DNA from: Geosiphon pyriformis uo1
Lineage: Eukaryota > Fungi > Glomeromycota
Assembly (NCBI GenBank): GCA_016748015.1
Contig: JAAOMT010000400.1
Span: 186,001 to 250,000 of the forward strand
Length of the DNA: 64,000 nt
Direction of reading: 5' to 3'
In this document: in pieces, positions 38,371 through 51,300 of the stretch
How positions within the stretch are numbered: position 1 is the first letter of the stretch
Layout of the letters: each line of letters starts with the position of its first letter
Translations under genes and position numbers: made by a program
Notes under the pieces: model-generated
Database searches by the model: none
What the model saw: only the letters and a program-made list of their open reading frames with translations
What the model was told of the DNA's origin: nothing

Positions 38371-39654
38371 TTTATATTAAGTTTTGTTTTACCAAACAAG
38401 TTATTAAAATATTAAATTAAGTAATAAAATATTATGTTGTTAAAGAGTAGTCTTAACAATAAAAAGTTAAATTAAAATCTATTTCAGTTATATTTAACTT
38501 TTATGATTTTTTTATAATTCCTATAACTTTACTTTTAAAGTTAGACATTTAAACACCATACTCTTTCAATGACTAATTAAAAAAATTCTGGTTATGTATT
38601 TATTAGAGTAGTTTGGTTTTGCTCTTGTTGTTAGTTGTGCTTTTAATAAATATAAAAAGATGTGACTTTTCTTTTTACTTTAAAATACCTAAGACTGGTT
38701 TTTGCCCAAAAACAAATAATAATAACAATACTTTCTTTTATTTTTAATGACTTTATTATGTACTTTTTTTTGCTTTCTCACTTACTGAAATAGTCTATAT
38801 ATTTATAATATGCTATAGTTAATAGCATAATTATGGTAATGTGTATTACCAGTTAAGCTAAGAAATGTTTCCAAATATTGACAAAAACTACTGATAATAA
38901 TATTTTATATTACATTTTATTTTATCAAATAAGTTATTAGTTTTATTATTTGATTTTGTCTTTATTATATTAATTAAATAATAAAAAGTATTATACTGTT
39001 GGAGATTAAGTTTTAATAATAGTGTTTTAATTAAATAAATATTTTAATTATGGTTTTTTTATGAAATTTTTTATAATTTTTTTATCTTTACTTTCAAAAT
39101 AGGCTTTTAAACACCATATTTTTTTGATAATTCTTTAAAAAAATTCTGATTATGTTTTTATTGAATAGTTTATCTGCTGGTTTCGATTTACTTTTTGTGC
39201 TTTAAATGTAAATTTGATTATTTTTTTTATAAAAACTTATATTAAGCTGGTTTTTGTTTAAAAATAAATAATAACAATTTTTTTTTGCTTTAACAATTTA
39301 TTAAACATTTTTTTACTCTCTTAAAACCTGAAATAATTTATACAATTATGTCTATACTATAATTAATAGTAATATATATAGCTATATATATTGTTAAAAA
39401 AAAGTATTATTATTACTAAAAAATTTTTAAAACCATTTTTTTTTGCCAATAACAACATTAAACATAATTTTTTTGTCTAATTACTTGGCAATTCAAAAAT
39501 TATTTGTTGTTTTTAAATGTGTTTTTTCTATAAATAAAAATATAATTATGAATATAAAATCTTGTTTAATACTTAAAACTATAAAAATAATATAGTATTT
39601 TTAATTATAAATATAGAAATTATTAAGAAAAATTAGTTAATAATATAACATAAT

Positions 39655-39810
39655 TTTTAATAATTAAATTTAAATATGTTTATAAACTTTAAACCAAATT
39701 TGTTGTTTGAATTTAAGTTTAACTTAAGTTTAAATTCAAAATTTAACCAAAATTTTTGTTCAAGTTTGGTTTAGTTTAATAATTTAATTAAACTTAAACT
39801 TTACCAAAGA
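39655..39810. repeat. MITE-like palindromic ~160-190-bp repeat; other copies ~43950-44138, ~47600-47805, ~55255-55447
   Basis: Shared AAACCAAATTTG/AATTTAACCAAAATTTTT/AGTTTGGTTTA motifs (probably decayed GAACCGAAC/GTTCGGTTC arrays). The 55-kb copy has TIR-like ends ATTTTAATA / TATTAAAAT. Confidence 0.55.
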
Positions 39811-40309
39811 TTTTTTATTTTTTTTTAATATTGTTAATACTGTTTTATTATTAATTCTATTAATAAAAACTGGTAAACTTCTAATAAGTTAATTTATTTT
39901 TCAAAGTATTTTTTTATACTTTAGATTATATATACTATTGGGTTTATAATAAAATAGCTAATTCTATGTCAATTATTTTGTATAATTATTTTACAGTAAA
40001 AGTTAACTCTTTTACAAAAAAATTTTGTTTGTAAGTTTTCTAAATAATATATAGTTATTTTGCTGTAAAAATTAACTTTTTTACAAAAAAATTTAACTAT
40101 AGACTACTTAAATAATATAAAAAAAAATAAAAAATAAAAAATGTGTTCAAAAAAGTTATTTCAAATTTAGATTTGAAAGTATTAATAATTACTAAAATTA
40201 ATAGTTAATTAATTTTAAAATATTAATTTAAAATAAGTAATTTTAAAGCAATAATATTTAAAAATTTTAAGTTTTTAAGATAATTTTATTAAATTAATTT
40301 ATAGTAATT

Positions 40310-43300
40310 AATTATTATTTATTAAGTGTAACAAATATGACCCAACTACAAATTAAGTATTCTAAACTAAGTGAAATTCACATGTTTTCTACATGTAACT
40401 AGCTACTTAAGCCAGTTTAGACTATATTATGTTAAAAACTTACAAGAAAATTTGTCCAAAATAAACATTATTACTCATAAAATATAAAAAGTATATTAGC
40501 ATATAAATTAGCCAATTAAAAGTAGCTGTAGTAAATGTAGAATTCCAGAATTCCTCTTAAGAGAAATTGCAGGATTCCAGGAATTTTAGGATTCTCATAC
40601 AAAAAATTGCAGAATTCCAGAATTCCAGAATTTTTGGTATGAAGAATTGAGGAATCTTATTTATATATATATAGCAGTAGTATCAGAAGCTAAAAAATTA
40701 GTCAAAAAGACTGGGAGTCAGTAGGACTCTCAGAGTCAATTAGACTCACAAGTCATAATTATTAGAATTTTTTAAATTAAAGACCTCTTAGTTTAGATTT
40801 GATCTAAGCAACCTTCCATTCACAAATATCAATAAATAATTATTCATCATCTTAATCAACTCTCCACTATTAATACTTCATGTTAATAGTAATTAATACT
40901 TAACTATGCTGGAACAATAGCTCTTGATTATGGCTATTAACAGGATACTAACTTGCAATTGCTTTTGTTTATTTTTTTATCTTTTTTTATTTTTCTTTTA
41001 TTTTCTTTTGTATTTCTTTTGGTTAACTAATTGATTAAGAATTAAAACACTGAGTTACAGACATCATAGAAACTAGTAAAAGATCTGTGAAACAAGAGTA
41101 AAACACTCATAAATTTGAGGATAGCTTACCAGGAGAATTACTGACCACTATGCTGAAAAAGAAATTTGATAGAATTGCGATTCTGGGAGACTACTAAAAA
41201 CAACTATTAAATCTCTATCTATTATATAAAGAACTCTACACCAAAACCTTCAGAACAATCAAACCTTCAGATATCAACACCAGAATACCAATCAAGCACC
41301 AAGTTATGGATTTGTTATTTGATCTGAGACCCCAAATAATCACCTATAACAACATCTTTTGAATTATATCAAACAAAATAAGACTACTAAAAACCAATCT
41401 AACAAGTCATTTGGCTGTTTTCATAGGACTGGATCTAATCTTAAGAGATTCAAATTCCTAAAGTGCTATTAAATCATCAAAAACTTCATCATTTATTCCA
41501 ACTGGATTACCAAGATTACTAGACAAATTAATATTTTTTATGTTATACTCAATCTTTAATACTACTATTTTTCTTTTCAACTTACTAACAGATTTGTTGA
41601 AAGCACCCAAATATATTATAAGCTTATTAATCTTGTTTCCAAACTTGTTGCTAAATACAAAATCACTCTTAATAAATTGTTTAAAAGCAATTACTGATTC
41701 ACTAATAGGCTTAACAATAGATTCAACCAATATTGACAATTTGGCCAAATTAAATTCCAAAAACATAAGCCAAAACAAAATCAAAAGATTATCTTCAATC
41801 TCAGAAAGAGAAATAGAAGTTACCAAAAGAGGAAATTCAAAAGAGTCCAAAGAAACAAACATCTTAATATAAGATTTTGTGTTTACAAAGCATAAAACAA
41901 ATGTCTTGAAAGCCTTAAGGAGAAGAAACAGAGACATCTTACAATTTACAGCCAAATGATCTATTTCTTAACATCTAAAACAGTACTAACAGCCAGATGT
42001 TTTCTACCAGATATGACACTTTTTTAATGTACCAGTCTTAACAATAGTAGCATTCAGATTAACTTGAGATCCAAATGTAACCAAAGCAAACCAAGAATAA
42101 TGACCAGAATCAAAAAAGCAAGGAATAAAGCATGTCTGTTTATCAATCTAAAAAACCATATCACTGATTTTAAAAGCAATACAGTCAAAAGAAAGATTAA
42201 CCAGCTTGATCTTAAACTTATTACAAAACAAAATAATTTTATTTTGATTCATCAAGAAAAAAATTCTAACACTATCTTTGTCTACCAAAACTAACTAATA
42301 ATTCAAAGCAAACACAGTAGAGTCCAATTTTTTAAAATAAACAACCATATATTGCCAAACACCAATAGACTTTAGCACAATACAAGCAATGCTATTAAAT
42401 ATACTGAAAGCTGTCTTAATATTAGCAGTAGACACACCCAAAAACACATCACACAGTGCAACAGCAGCAAAAAAGGAACCAAACTCAAAAGCTACCAAAG
42501 ACTTAGCAATTTTAAGAATGGCCAAATAAACAGAACTTGTAAGTTTAACCAAAAATGCAGCTTCCAAAGACACTTGAAAAGCAAACTCCATACAAAAGAG
42601 CTTTATATTGTTTTTTAATATTGACTTTGCATTCAAAAAACCATCTACAGACTAAAAAACAGTCTTAACATAAGCCAATTTGATCTTGAAAGTAGTATTA
42701 AACACTAAAATAGAGGCCACCCATCTAATAAATCTTTAATAACTAGCAATAGTTTTCTAAGCACTATTAGTAACAACACCAGAAACTAAAGGAAAAGATA
42801 ATTCAGTTTCTATCTGATCAGTCTAGTTCTCAAAAACAGATAACCCAATAGAAAATAGTTGCTTTGTTTCTAAAACCAGTAATAATTTGCCAGAAGACAC
42901 TACATTTGGCAACACAACCAATAGTTGATATTGGTTTATTTTGGATGATGTGCCAGATAAAACAATGAAAATCACATCTAAGATCTCAGTTAAAACCATA
43001 AAGAAATTTGGTATAACAATAGCAAAAACAAATAACTGCTTCCACTTTTCTGAATTTTTGGTTTTTTTGACTATTTTTTTGAAGAAAAAATGTTGGCAGC
43101 ACCTAGTATTAAAACTATAAAAAAAAAGACTAGCTTGTTAACTAATCTGTTACTAAAAAATTTTAAGCTCTTTAAAAGAGTAGAGACAATACTAGAACTA
43201 ATTCAAGTGTGTTTTTTTAAGAAAACTTTGACTGGTAAAAGACCAACCAAAAATAAAAAAGTTGTTTTAATAGCTACCAAAGACAGCTTTTTACAATTAT

Positions 43301-43550
43301 TAGGTAAAAAAAAGGCTTCTAAAACATTTTGCTTAGTTACTTCTATAACAGAAAAAGCTTCTCTGGTTGAAATTTTATTAGGTATCTTAAGAAAGATATT
43401 AGGTGCAGCTTTTTTACTCTTTGCTCTAGTCGTAGTTATAAATTAAGAAGATAAAAAGTTTTTTTAATTATATATTGCTATTTATTAGCTTATTTTAATT
43501 ATTAATTGTAAAATAAAATTTTTTTTTTGAAAAAAAAAGCTTTTTTTTAT
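40310..43550 (-). mobile_element. ORF1-only non-autonomous LINE derivative, copy 1 (interrupted by a solo LTR)
   Basis: Decayed ORF1 starting (M>I)TTTRAKSKKAAP with RRM-like segments and a C..C...GH....C knuckle (~41940-41990). It runs straight into the LINE 3' tail (40325-40425). No APE/RT sequence. Confidence 0.8.
40469..41351. mobile_element. Solo LTR (883 bp), different family
   Basis: TATTA (from TGTTA)...TAACA termini and 4-bp TSD ACAT (40465-40468 / 41352-41355). Removing it restores collinearity with the uninterrupted copy at ~44300. GAATTCCAG repeats and a TATA-like run near the left end. Confidence 0.8.
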
Positions 43551-44146
43551 ATAACTTATTATAATACTATTTTATAATCCACCATTTTTTTTTAATTTTT
43601 TAGTAAATTAAAGATATATTTATTAAACTACAAGTTATTTTTATAAACTATTAATTATTTTAGTAAATTATTAAATATTTTGTCAAATTTTTAAATATTT
43701 TGGTAAATTTTAAATGTTATATATTTTGGTATATTACATGATTTAATTATTATAATTTAGTTATATTTGTGTTTTATACAAATTAAGTTATTAATTAAAT
43801 AATAATTTAGATAATTTAATAAGACAATAAATAATAATTTAAAATAATAATATATGTTAATTAATAATAAAAATTATAAAAATTATTTTATGTTAATTAA
43901 TAATAAAAATTATAAAAATTATTTTATGTTAATTAATAACTCGAATTTTTATTAATAATAATGTTTACAAATTATAAATTAAATTTGTTGTTTAAATTTG
44001 AATTTAGTTTAAATTTACTGATTTTAAGTTTGATTTAAATTTAAGTTTGAAATTTAACCAAAATTTTTATTTAAATTTGGTTTAATTTAATGATATAATT
44101 AAATTTAAATTAAATTAAACCAAATATTAAAATTCTATAAAACAAC

Positions 44147-46432
44147 TTTTTTTTTATTTGCTTAATAAGTGCAGTCCAAAAACAACCTAGTACTATATAT
44201 TAAACTAAGTAATCTAAACTAAGTGCTAATCATGTACTTTTTTATGTAACCAGTTACTTGAACCAATTAAGAATACACTATACTAAAGCTGAAAAAGAAA
44301 CTTACTCAAGAAAAACATTTTTTGAACAATTTTAAATAATATAGCACTATTACTAATTAATCCAACCAGCCACTCAGCCATTTTAAAGACATCAGTTTTA
44401 ACAACAGCAGATTCATGTTCTCAATGGGACATCAAGTTAGAAAACACTTCATCATTCAGACCAACTGGGTGCTTTGAATAACTAGACATATTAACATTCT
44501 TCATGCAATATTCTTTTTTTTAAAAAACCACCTCTTTTTCTAACTTACCAACAACTTTACTAAAAAAACTTATATACACCAAAATTTTATTGACTTTAAG
44601 GCCAAGTTTACTGCTTGAGACCAAATCTCCATTAATAAATTGTTCAAACAATTTGACCAAAGAACCAACTAGTTTGACAATAGACTTAATCAAAGCAGAA
44701 AGCTTGGCCAAATCAGACTTCAAAGAAGCCAGCTGAGAGAATACTAAGAAATTGCCAACAATAATAGAAGGAGAAGTAGAAGCTGTCAAAGAAAGAAACT
44801 CAGAAAAATCCAGAGAAGCAGAAGCTTTTGCATAAGAAACACCACTCACAAAACATGATTTAAATACCTTAAGAGCCTTGGAAAAAGGAGGTGAAGATAC
44901 TTTACAGTCTACAGCCAAATGGCCCACTTCTTAACACTTAAAACAGTACTAACAACTAGGAGTTTTCCACTAGATATAGCATTTTTTTAGAGTACCAGTC
45001 TTAACAACTGCAGAATTCAAATCAACCTAAGAACCAAATATAACCAAAGCAAACTGGAAACAATAACCAGTTTCAAAAGAATAAAGAATAAAACATGTCC
45101 GATTACCAACTTGAGAAATTATATTACTAATTTCAAAAAGCTGTGCAGCCAAAAAGAAAATTGATCAACTTGGTCTTAAACCTATCACAAAACAGAATAG
45201 TTTCATTATAATTTACCAAAAAGAGGATTTTAATACTATTTTTGTTTACCAAAACTGACCAATGATTCAAAGCAGATACTGCAAAGTCTAATTTCTCAAA
45301 ATGAACAACCATATATTGTCAAATGCCAACAGGCTTTAGCATAATACAAGTGATATTATCAAACAAACTGAGAGCTGTTTTAATATTAGCAGTAGACACA
45401 TCCAAAGGCATATCACATAATACAACAGCAGCAGAAAGAGAGTCAGACTTAAAAACCACCAAAAACTTGGCAATTTTAAAAGTGGCAAGATGAACAGAAC
45501 TTGTAAGCTTGACCAAAAATACAGCATTCAAAAAGTTTTGGAAAGCAAACTCCACACAAAAAAGCTTTATATTGTCTTTTACAATTGACTTCACATCCAA
45601 AAAACCATGTACAAACTAAAAAACAGCCTTAACATAAGCCAATTTAATCTTAAAAGTAGCTTCAGGCATCAAAGTAGAGGCCACCCACTTAGCAAACCTT
45701 TGACAATTAGTAATAGTTTTCCAAACACTACTAGCAGCAGCACCAAAAACCAAAGGAAAAAATGATTCAGTTTCTATTTGGTCAGCCCAATTTTCAAAAA
45801 CAAATGACATCATAGGAGATAATTGTTTTGCTTCTAAAACTGGCAATAATCTGTTAGAAAACACCACATTTGGCAACACAGCCAGTAGTTGATCTTGGCC
45901 TATTTTGAATAACATACCAGATAATACAACAGAAATTTTATCAAAGATTACATTTGAAACCACAAAAGAATTTAATGTAACAATAACAAAAACAAGTGAT
46001 TGTTTCCATTTTTTTGAACTTTTGGTCTTTTTGACCATTTTTTTTGAAGAGAAGATACTAGCAGCACCAAATGTTAAAGCTATAGAGGAGAATACCAGCT
46101 TGGTAATTGGTCTATTATTAAATACTTTTGGGCTCTTAGTAGAGGTAAAGACAACATTAGAACTAACCCAAGTATGTCTTTTTGAGAAAACTTTAATTGG
46201 TAAAAAACCAGCCAAAGATAAGGAAGTTGTTTTAGTAGTTACCAAAGGCAGCTTTTCACGATTATTAGGTAAAAGAAAGGCTTTTAAAACATTCTGCCTG
46301 GTTGCTTCTATAACAAAGAGAGCTTTTCTGATTGAAATCTTATTAGATATCTTAGGAAAAATATCAGATACAGCTTTTTTACTCTTTGCTCTGATTGTGG
46401 TCATAAAATTAAGAAGACAAAGAGTATTTTTT
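44147..46432 (-). mobile_element. ORF1-only non-autonomous LINE derivative, copy 2
   Basis: ATG at 46404 (MTTIRAKSKKAV), ORF pieces 45616-46452, 45319-45600 and 44520-44927, knuckle CFKC*EVGHLAVDC. The ORF ends at ~44280, followed by the tail CAAGTAACTGGTTACATAAAAAAGTACATGA...GGACTGCACTTATTAAGCAAAT(A)n. Confidence 0.85.
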
Positions 46433-46435
46433 TTA

Positions 46436-47400
46436 AACAACTTATAAACCAATTAGATTATCAAGTTGATTAAATTATTTATATATATATTATAAAATAA
46501 TAAAAACTTTAATTAATAAAATTAACAACTTTTTTTTAAAATTAATAATATTATTGCATTTATTAAAAAATTAATAATAAAAACCACTTAATATTAAGTA
46601 CTTATTAATAATAATTAACTATTTAAAATTAATATTATATTTAATTAAAATACACAAAAACTTCAATTAAATTATAATAAACATTATATATATATTTACA
46701 ACTTGTAATTATTTTGAAATTACTAGCAAAGTATTATTTATTAAATTAAAAAAAAAGCCAATAATCAAAACTTATCAAGTTTTATAAGACAACAATATTA
46801 AAATCAACATATTATTATTACTTAATTTTTTTAAAAAAAAAAAAAAAAACAAAGAAAAAAAATCTTAAATTATTATTTTTACATATATCTTATTAAATCA
46901 GAAAAACATACTTATTAATACTTTAAAAAATTTATATTATTAATATTCAAAACTTATTTATATTAACTATAAAAAAAATTATTATTAATAAAAATATGCT
47001 ATAGTAATAATAAAAAATATTAAACTGTTACTAAATTTTATTATTAATTATATATTCTAAAATAATTTAATCAACTAAAAAAACAAAAAGTAAAACAATA
47101 AATTTTATTTGACTTGTAAAAAAACTTTACCAAATAAAATAATATAGAATAAAATTTACAAAAAAAAATTTATTATTATTGTTTATAATTGTATTCTTTC
47201 TTATTTGAAAAATTATTTACATAATAAAAATAATATTAAAACAAATTTATATAATCAAAAACACACTTTAAAATAATTTTTAAAAAGCTTTATTTTTTTT
47301 AGACAATTCAAAAATTTTTTATAAATATTATTAAGTATTAACTCTAATTAAAAAAAGAAACAAAATTTATCAATCTTAATATTAAATTCTATAAATATTA
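46436..47400 (+). mobile_element. Ghost LTR-retrotransposon aspartic protease region
   Basis: Literal KQLINQLDYQVD...KTLINKINNFFFKINNII..IK.LIIKTT*Y*VLINNN*L back-reads to KTPIGEIDNF.FE.NGI...IKVLVMEAT.YQ.L.GNDWL, a retropepsin C-terminal hhG.DWL motif. Confidence 0.55.
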
Positions 47401-48316
47401 TTTTATTTTTTGCTAATTTAAATATTATAATAAGTATAATTTTGTTTATGATTTATTATTATGTGTTATTTATTTGATTTTTAAAATAACAAATTAATCA
47501 ATAAAGCCAAAAAATCATAATTAAAGCTTAATTTTAATTCAATTATTACTTTTAAATTTAATAAAAATTTAAATACTATTATTAATATTAAGTAATATGT
47601 TGTGTTTTTAGTAAAAATTCAATAAGATCAAACTAAATTAAACTTTGAATACTGTTTAAGTTCAATTTAAATTATAAACCAAACTTAAACCAAACTAAAT
47701 TTTCAAAGTAAATTTAGTTTAAATTTAAAATTAAACTTTTTTGGTAAGTTTAAATTTAGTTTAAATTTGATTTAAAATCTACTAATTTGTTTAAGTTTAA
47801 TAAAATTTATATTTTGTATTATTTATTTATTAATTATTACTTTGTTTAATTATTATAATTAATTAAAAAAATATATAAAATTATGTATATATAACAATTC
47901 TATTTTTTAACTTATTATTATTTGTATTATTTAATATTATTAAAGATTTAAAATTCAAAATAATAAAATTTAATAATTTAAAGTAAAATATAAAACTATT
48001 TTAATAAATTTAAGTAAACAAAAAAACAGCTAAATATATAGTTTTAAAATATATATATAAATTATTTTTTTATAAAACTATAATATTATTAATCTTTTAT
48101 AATATTATTTATTAAACAGTATATATTACAATAAAAAATATTATAAAAAAAGACAAAATATTAAAAAAATTTGTAAATTAATTAAAAAAATATTTTAACA
48201 AATAAAATTGCTATTTTTTTATAATTTTTTAACCAATTTAATTAAAAAACTGTTTTAATTTTCTGTAGTAACTGCTATTAATATTAATATTAATAAATTG
48301 TTAATATTTTTATAGA

Positions 48317-51300
48317 TCTTTCTCTTGTCGATCCCCTGGCCATACCGAAAGCAAAGTTATTCTGCCAAAGAAGTACATTTTCTTTATTCCTTTTCCTTTT
48401 TGTTTTCGTCGCTATTTCTTTGGACACACCTATATTTGTGACTATGGATCCGGCTGGCTCTTCTGCTGGTGTTTCGGGCTCGATTTCAACTGGGTTAGAG
48501 TCCCGGTCAGGCTCTAAGAAGAAGGCTCGCGTTGAGAGTGTTTACTCTCGTGGTGCCTCTTTCAAGAAAGTGAGAAAACCTGTCGTGTCCGGTACCGTGG
48601 TAAATTCTTCAGCTGGACTTTTGTATGCGGACCCATTGCTGGCTGATGGTGGTGAACGTAAGGCATCTTGGGGTAGTGAAGTGGAGAACGAGAGTAACAA
48701 CATCAGTGAGGTGTCCGACTTGGAGGATATGGAAAACTTGGTTGCCGAAGAAACTAGTTACATCGATTCCAATGCCTCTGGAAATGACGACTTGATGGAT
48801 GATGTTACTCTAAGGAAGACAAAGACAAGGACGTATGTCTTAGACAAGCCGCCAAAACAACTTTCTTTCAACCTGAAAAATGACGACAATAGTGTTTTAG
48901 AGCTCCCTTCTCGCATGTTTGTTGGGTCCAATCAGTTGCCACCACCCAAGTCACGTGGTTTAGAGTGTCATCATTTCGAGCCAGTAAAATCTTTCACTTT
49001 AGATGTGGAGTTGTCAGCTGTGCCTGGAAAGTCAAATAGTGATAAGTTATTTAAGATCAAAAAGATTTTTTATAAAATTGACGGTTTTGGGGGTGCTTCA
49101 ACTTCCTCAAAATTTCCTGGAGTCATTAGGTCAACTTTCACAAGTGAGTCTAGTTTGGTTAAGGCCAGAGAGTTGGTGATTTGTGAAAAAATCATTGTGA
49201 ATGATAATCTCAAAAATGTAAACATTCGTTTGAATCAGGAAGTGATAGTCAAGAAGATCCCAGTGGATCTTCCCAGATTGGCAGTGGAGTCAGTTTTTTC
49301 TAAATTTGACAAGATTGTTTCAATCAAAATGCAGCTGATTGGTCTTTGGCAAAAGGCCTTGGTCGAATTTGAGTCATTTGAAGTAGCTAGTTTGGTCGTT
49401 TCTAAATGGTTGGTCTTCATGGAAAAGGATTCAGTGCGTGTGACTTTGGCAATTAATGATAAACAGACGTGGGTATCGAGAGATCAACATCGGGCTTTGC
49501 TTTATACTCTTCTGGTTGGCACCAATGCCCATGACCTCTCTAGTTTGTTGGAATCATACAGTGGGAAGACTTATTACATTGGCTGTAATCCTAATTCGTA
49601 TGTTCGTGATAGATGTGCTGTAATTTGTTTTGGTGATGAGACATCCAAGTTGGCTGCTATTGGTATTGTTTCAGTTTTCAAAGGTGTGAGTTTGCATTGG
49701 ACTGGTCTTTCTTTGGCCAGTTGCACTTGTTGTAAACAATTCGGTCATGTTATGGTTAACTGTTTCTTGGGTGAGTATTTTGGTGTTCGAGGGAAAAAGG
49801 TGGTTTCTGAGCAAGATTGAATTTGTCTAGCTGAAATATATAAGAAAAAGTCGGCTCCTATTGCTCGTCTGGTTTCATTTGGTGGTAAAACATGGGCCCA
49901 AGTTGCTGGTGGCTCTTCTTCTTGTGTGATTTCCTCTGGTTTGGTTGGTGCTGGTTTGCATTCTGGTTTGGTTCCTTCTTCAATGGCGACTGACTCTCCT
50001 ACTGTTTCTTATTTGAATGACCGGCTGGCAATTTTGGAGCACTCTTTGGAACTTTTGACTGACCACATCTCTGGCATTTTGGTTCGGCTGGAATCCATTG
50101 ATTTGGTTCCTATGGTGACCCCTTCTCTGAGCCTTTTTCCTACTGTTTCTGAGACTTTGACTTCTAATGTGGATTCTGATATGATTATGAATTCTGCTTT
50201 GGTCTTGTCTGGTACTCCTCCGTCCGTCATTCATGATGCTGTTGTTGAGCTCAGCTCTAGTAGTTCTAAAGTTTTCACTGTCAAAGTGGGTGGTTTGGAA
50301 ACAAAATTGATTGCTTTGGAGGCCTCAGTTGGTTCAGTTTTGGATAAGTTAAATATTCTGTGCTCTGGTTTGGGTTTGTCAGTTTCCCTGTCTTCTCAAT
50401 GACTCACTTAATTTGGAAAATTGCCATGTGTAATGTCAGAGGTATGAACAATTCTGCAAAACAGGAAGATGTCATTTGTTGGCACAAGGATATAAACAAT
50501 TTGATTTCTATTGTTACTGAGACCAAGCTAAAGGGTAAGGTCTGTCTGTAGATTGCAACTAAGTTTGATGGTGTTCGAGTCTTTATCTCAGGTCAAGATT
50601 CTGGTAATCTGGGTTCGGGTATTGCTATTGTTGTAGACAATTCTCTGGCTCGCCATGTGTGTAAGGTTTCTGAGGTGCCTGGTCAGCTTCTTTCAATTAA
50701 GTTGCTTTTTAAGAACAAACTTTTGGTATCGATTTTGGGGCTTTATGCTAATGCTTCTCTGGCAGCCTGTTTCTCTCAAGCCAGTGAAGTCAATTCTCTA
50801 ATAGCTAGGGCTGTAAATGAGTCTTTTTTTGTCGTTTTAGGTAGTGATTTTAATAAAGATAGCTCTCGCAGGTGTGCTAGTTTTAAGAAGTGTTTGGATT
50901 TGGAAATGGTCAATTCTTTGGCAGGGAATTCATTGGCAAAAAGTCCTATCTGGAAAAATTCAAAAGGTGTTGTAAGAACTATTGATTATGTGTTCATTTC
51001 GTCAAATTTGGTCAATGCGATAGTGAACCGAGATGTTTTGAATGTTAGTGAGTATTTTGATACTGATTATCAAGCAGTTTGTGTGTCTGTAGATTTGGGT
51101 GGACTTTTGAATATGCATTTGAACTCTCTTTGTAAACAGGCAAATAGAGATTGTTGGAAGTTTAACATTAGGGGCACTGATGAAAGTAAATGGGACAATT
51201 TCAGGAGTGCCACTTTGGCCAACGCAGCAATGTTTTCAGATAAGTTTGCCACCTCTATAAGATTCTCAGATCTGGATGTAATGTGGAACGTCATTCGTGA

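Larger units (their letters stand above)
39810..43940 (-). mobile_element. Ghost leader/gag segment homologous to 24600-25530, split (39810-40310 and 43550-43940) by an ORF1-only element
   Basis: The reverse complement matches 25230-25520 (TTTTTTGTAGAAAAATTGACTTTTATAGCAAAATAAC) and 24640-24910. Confidence 0.7.

Noticed and set aside
48330-48355. 5S rRNA-like start (ATCC..GGCCATA...GAAAGCA) at the LINE-C 5' end
   Set aside because: The similarity is short, gapped and weaker in LINE-A, and no internal A/C boxes follow.
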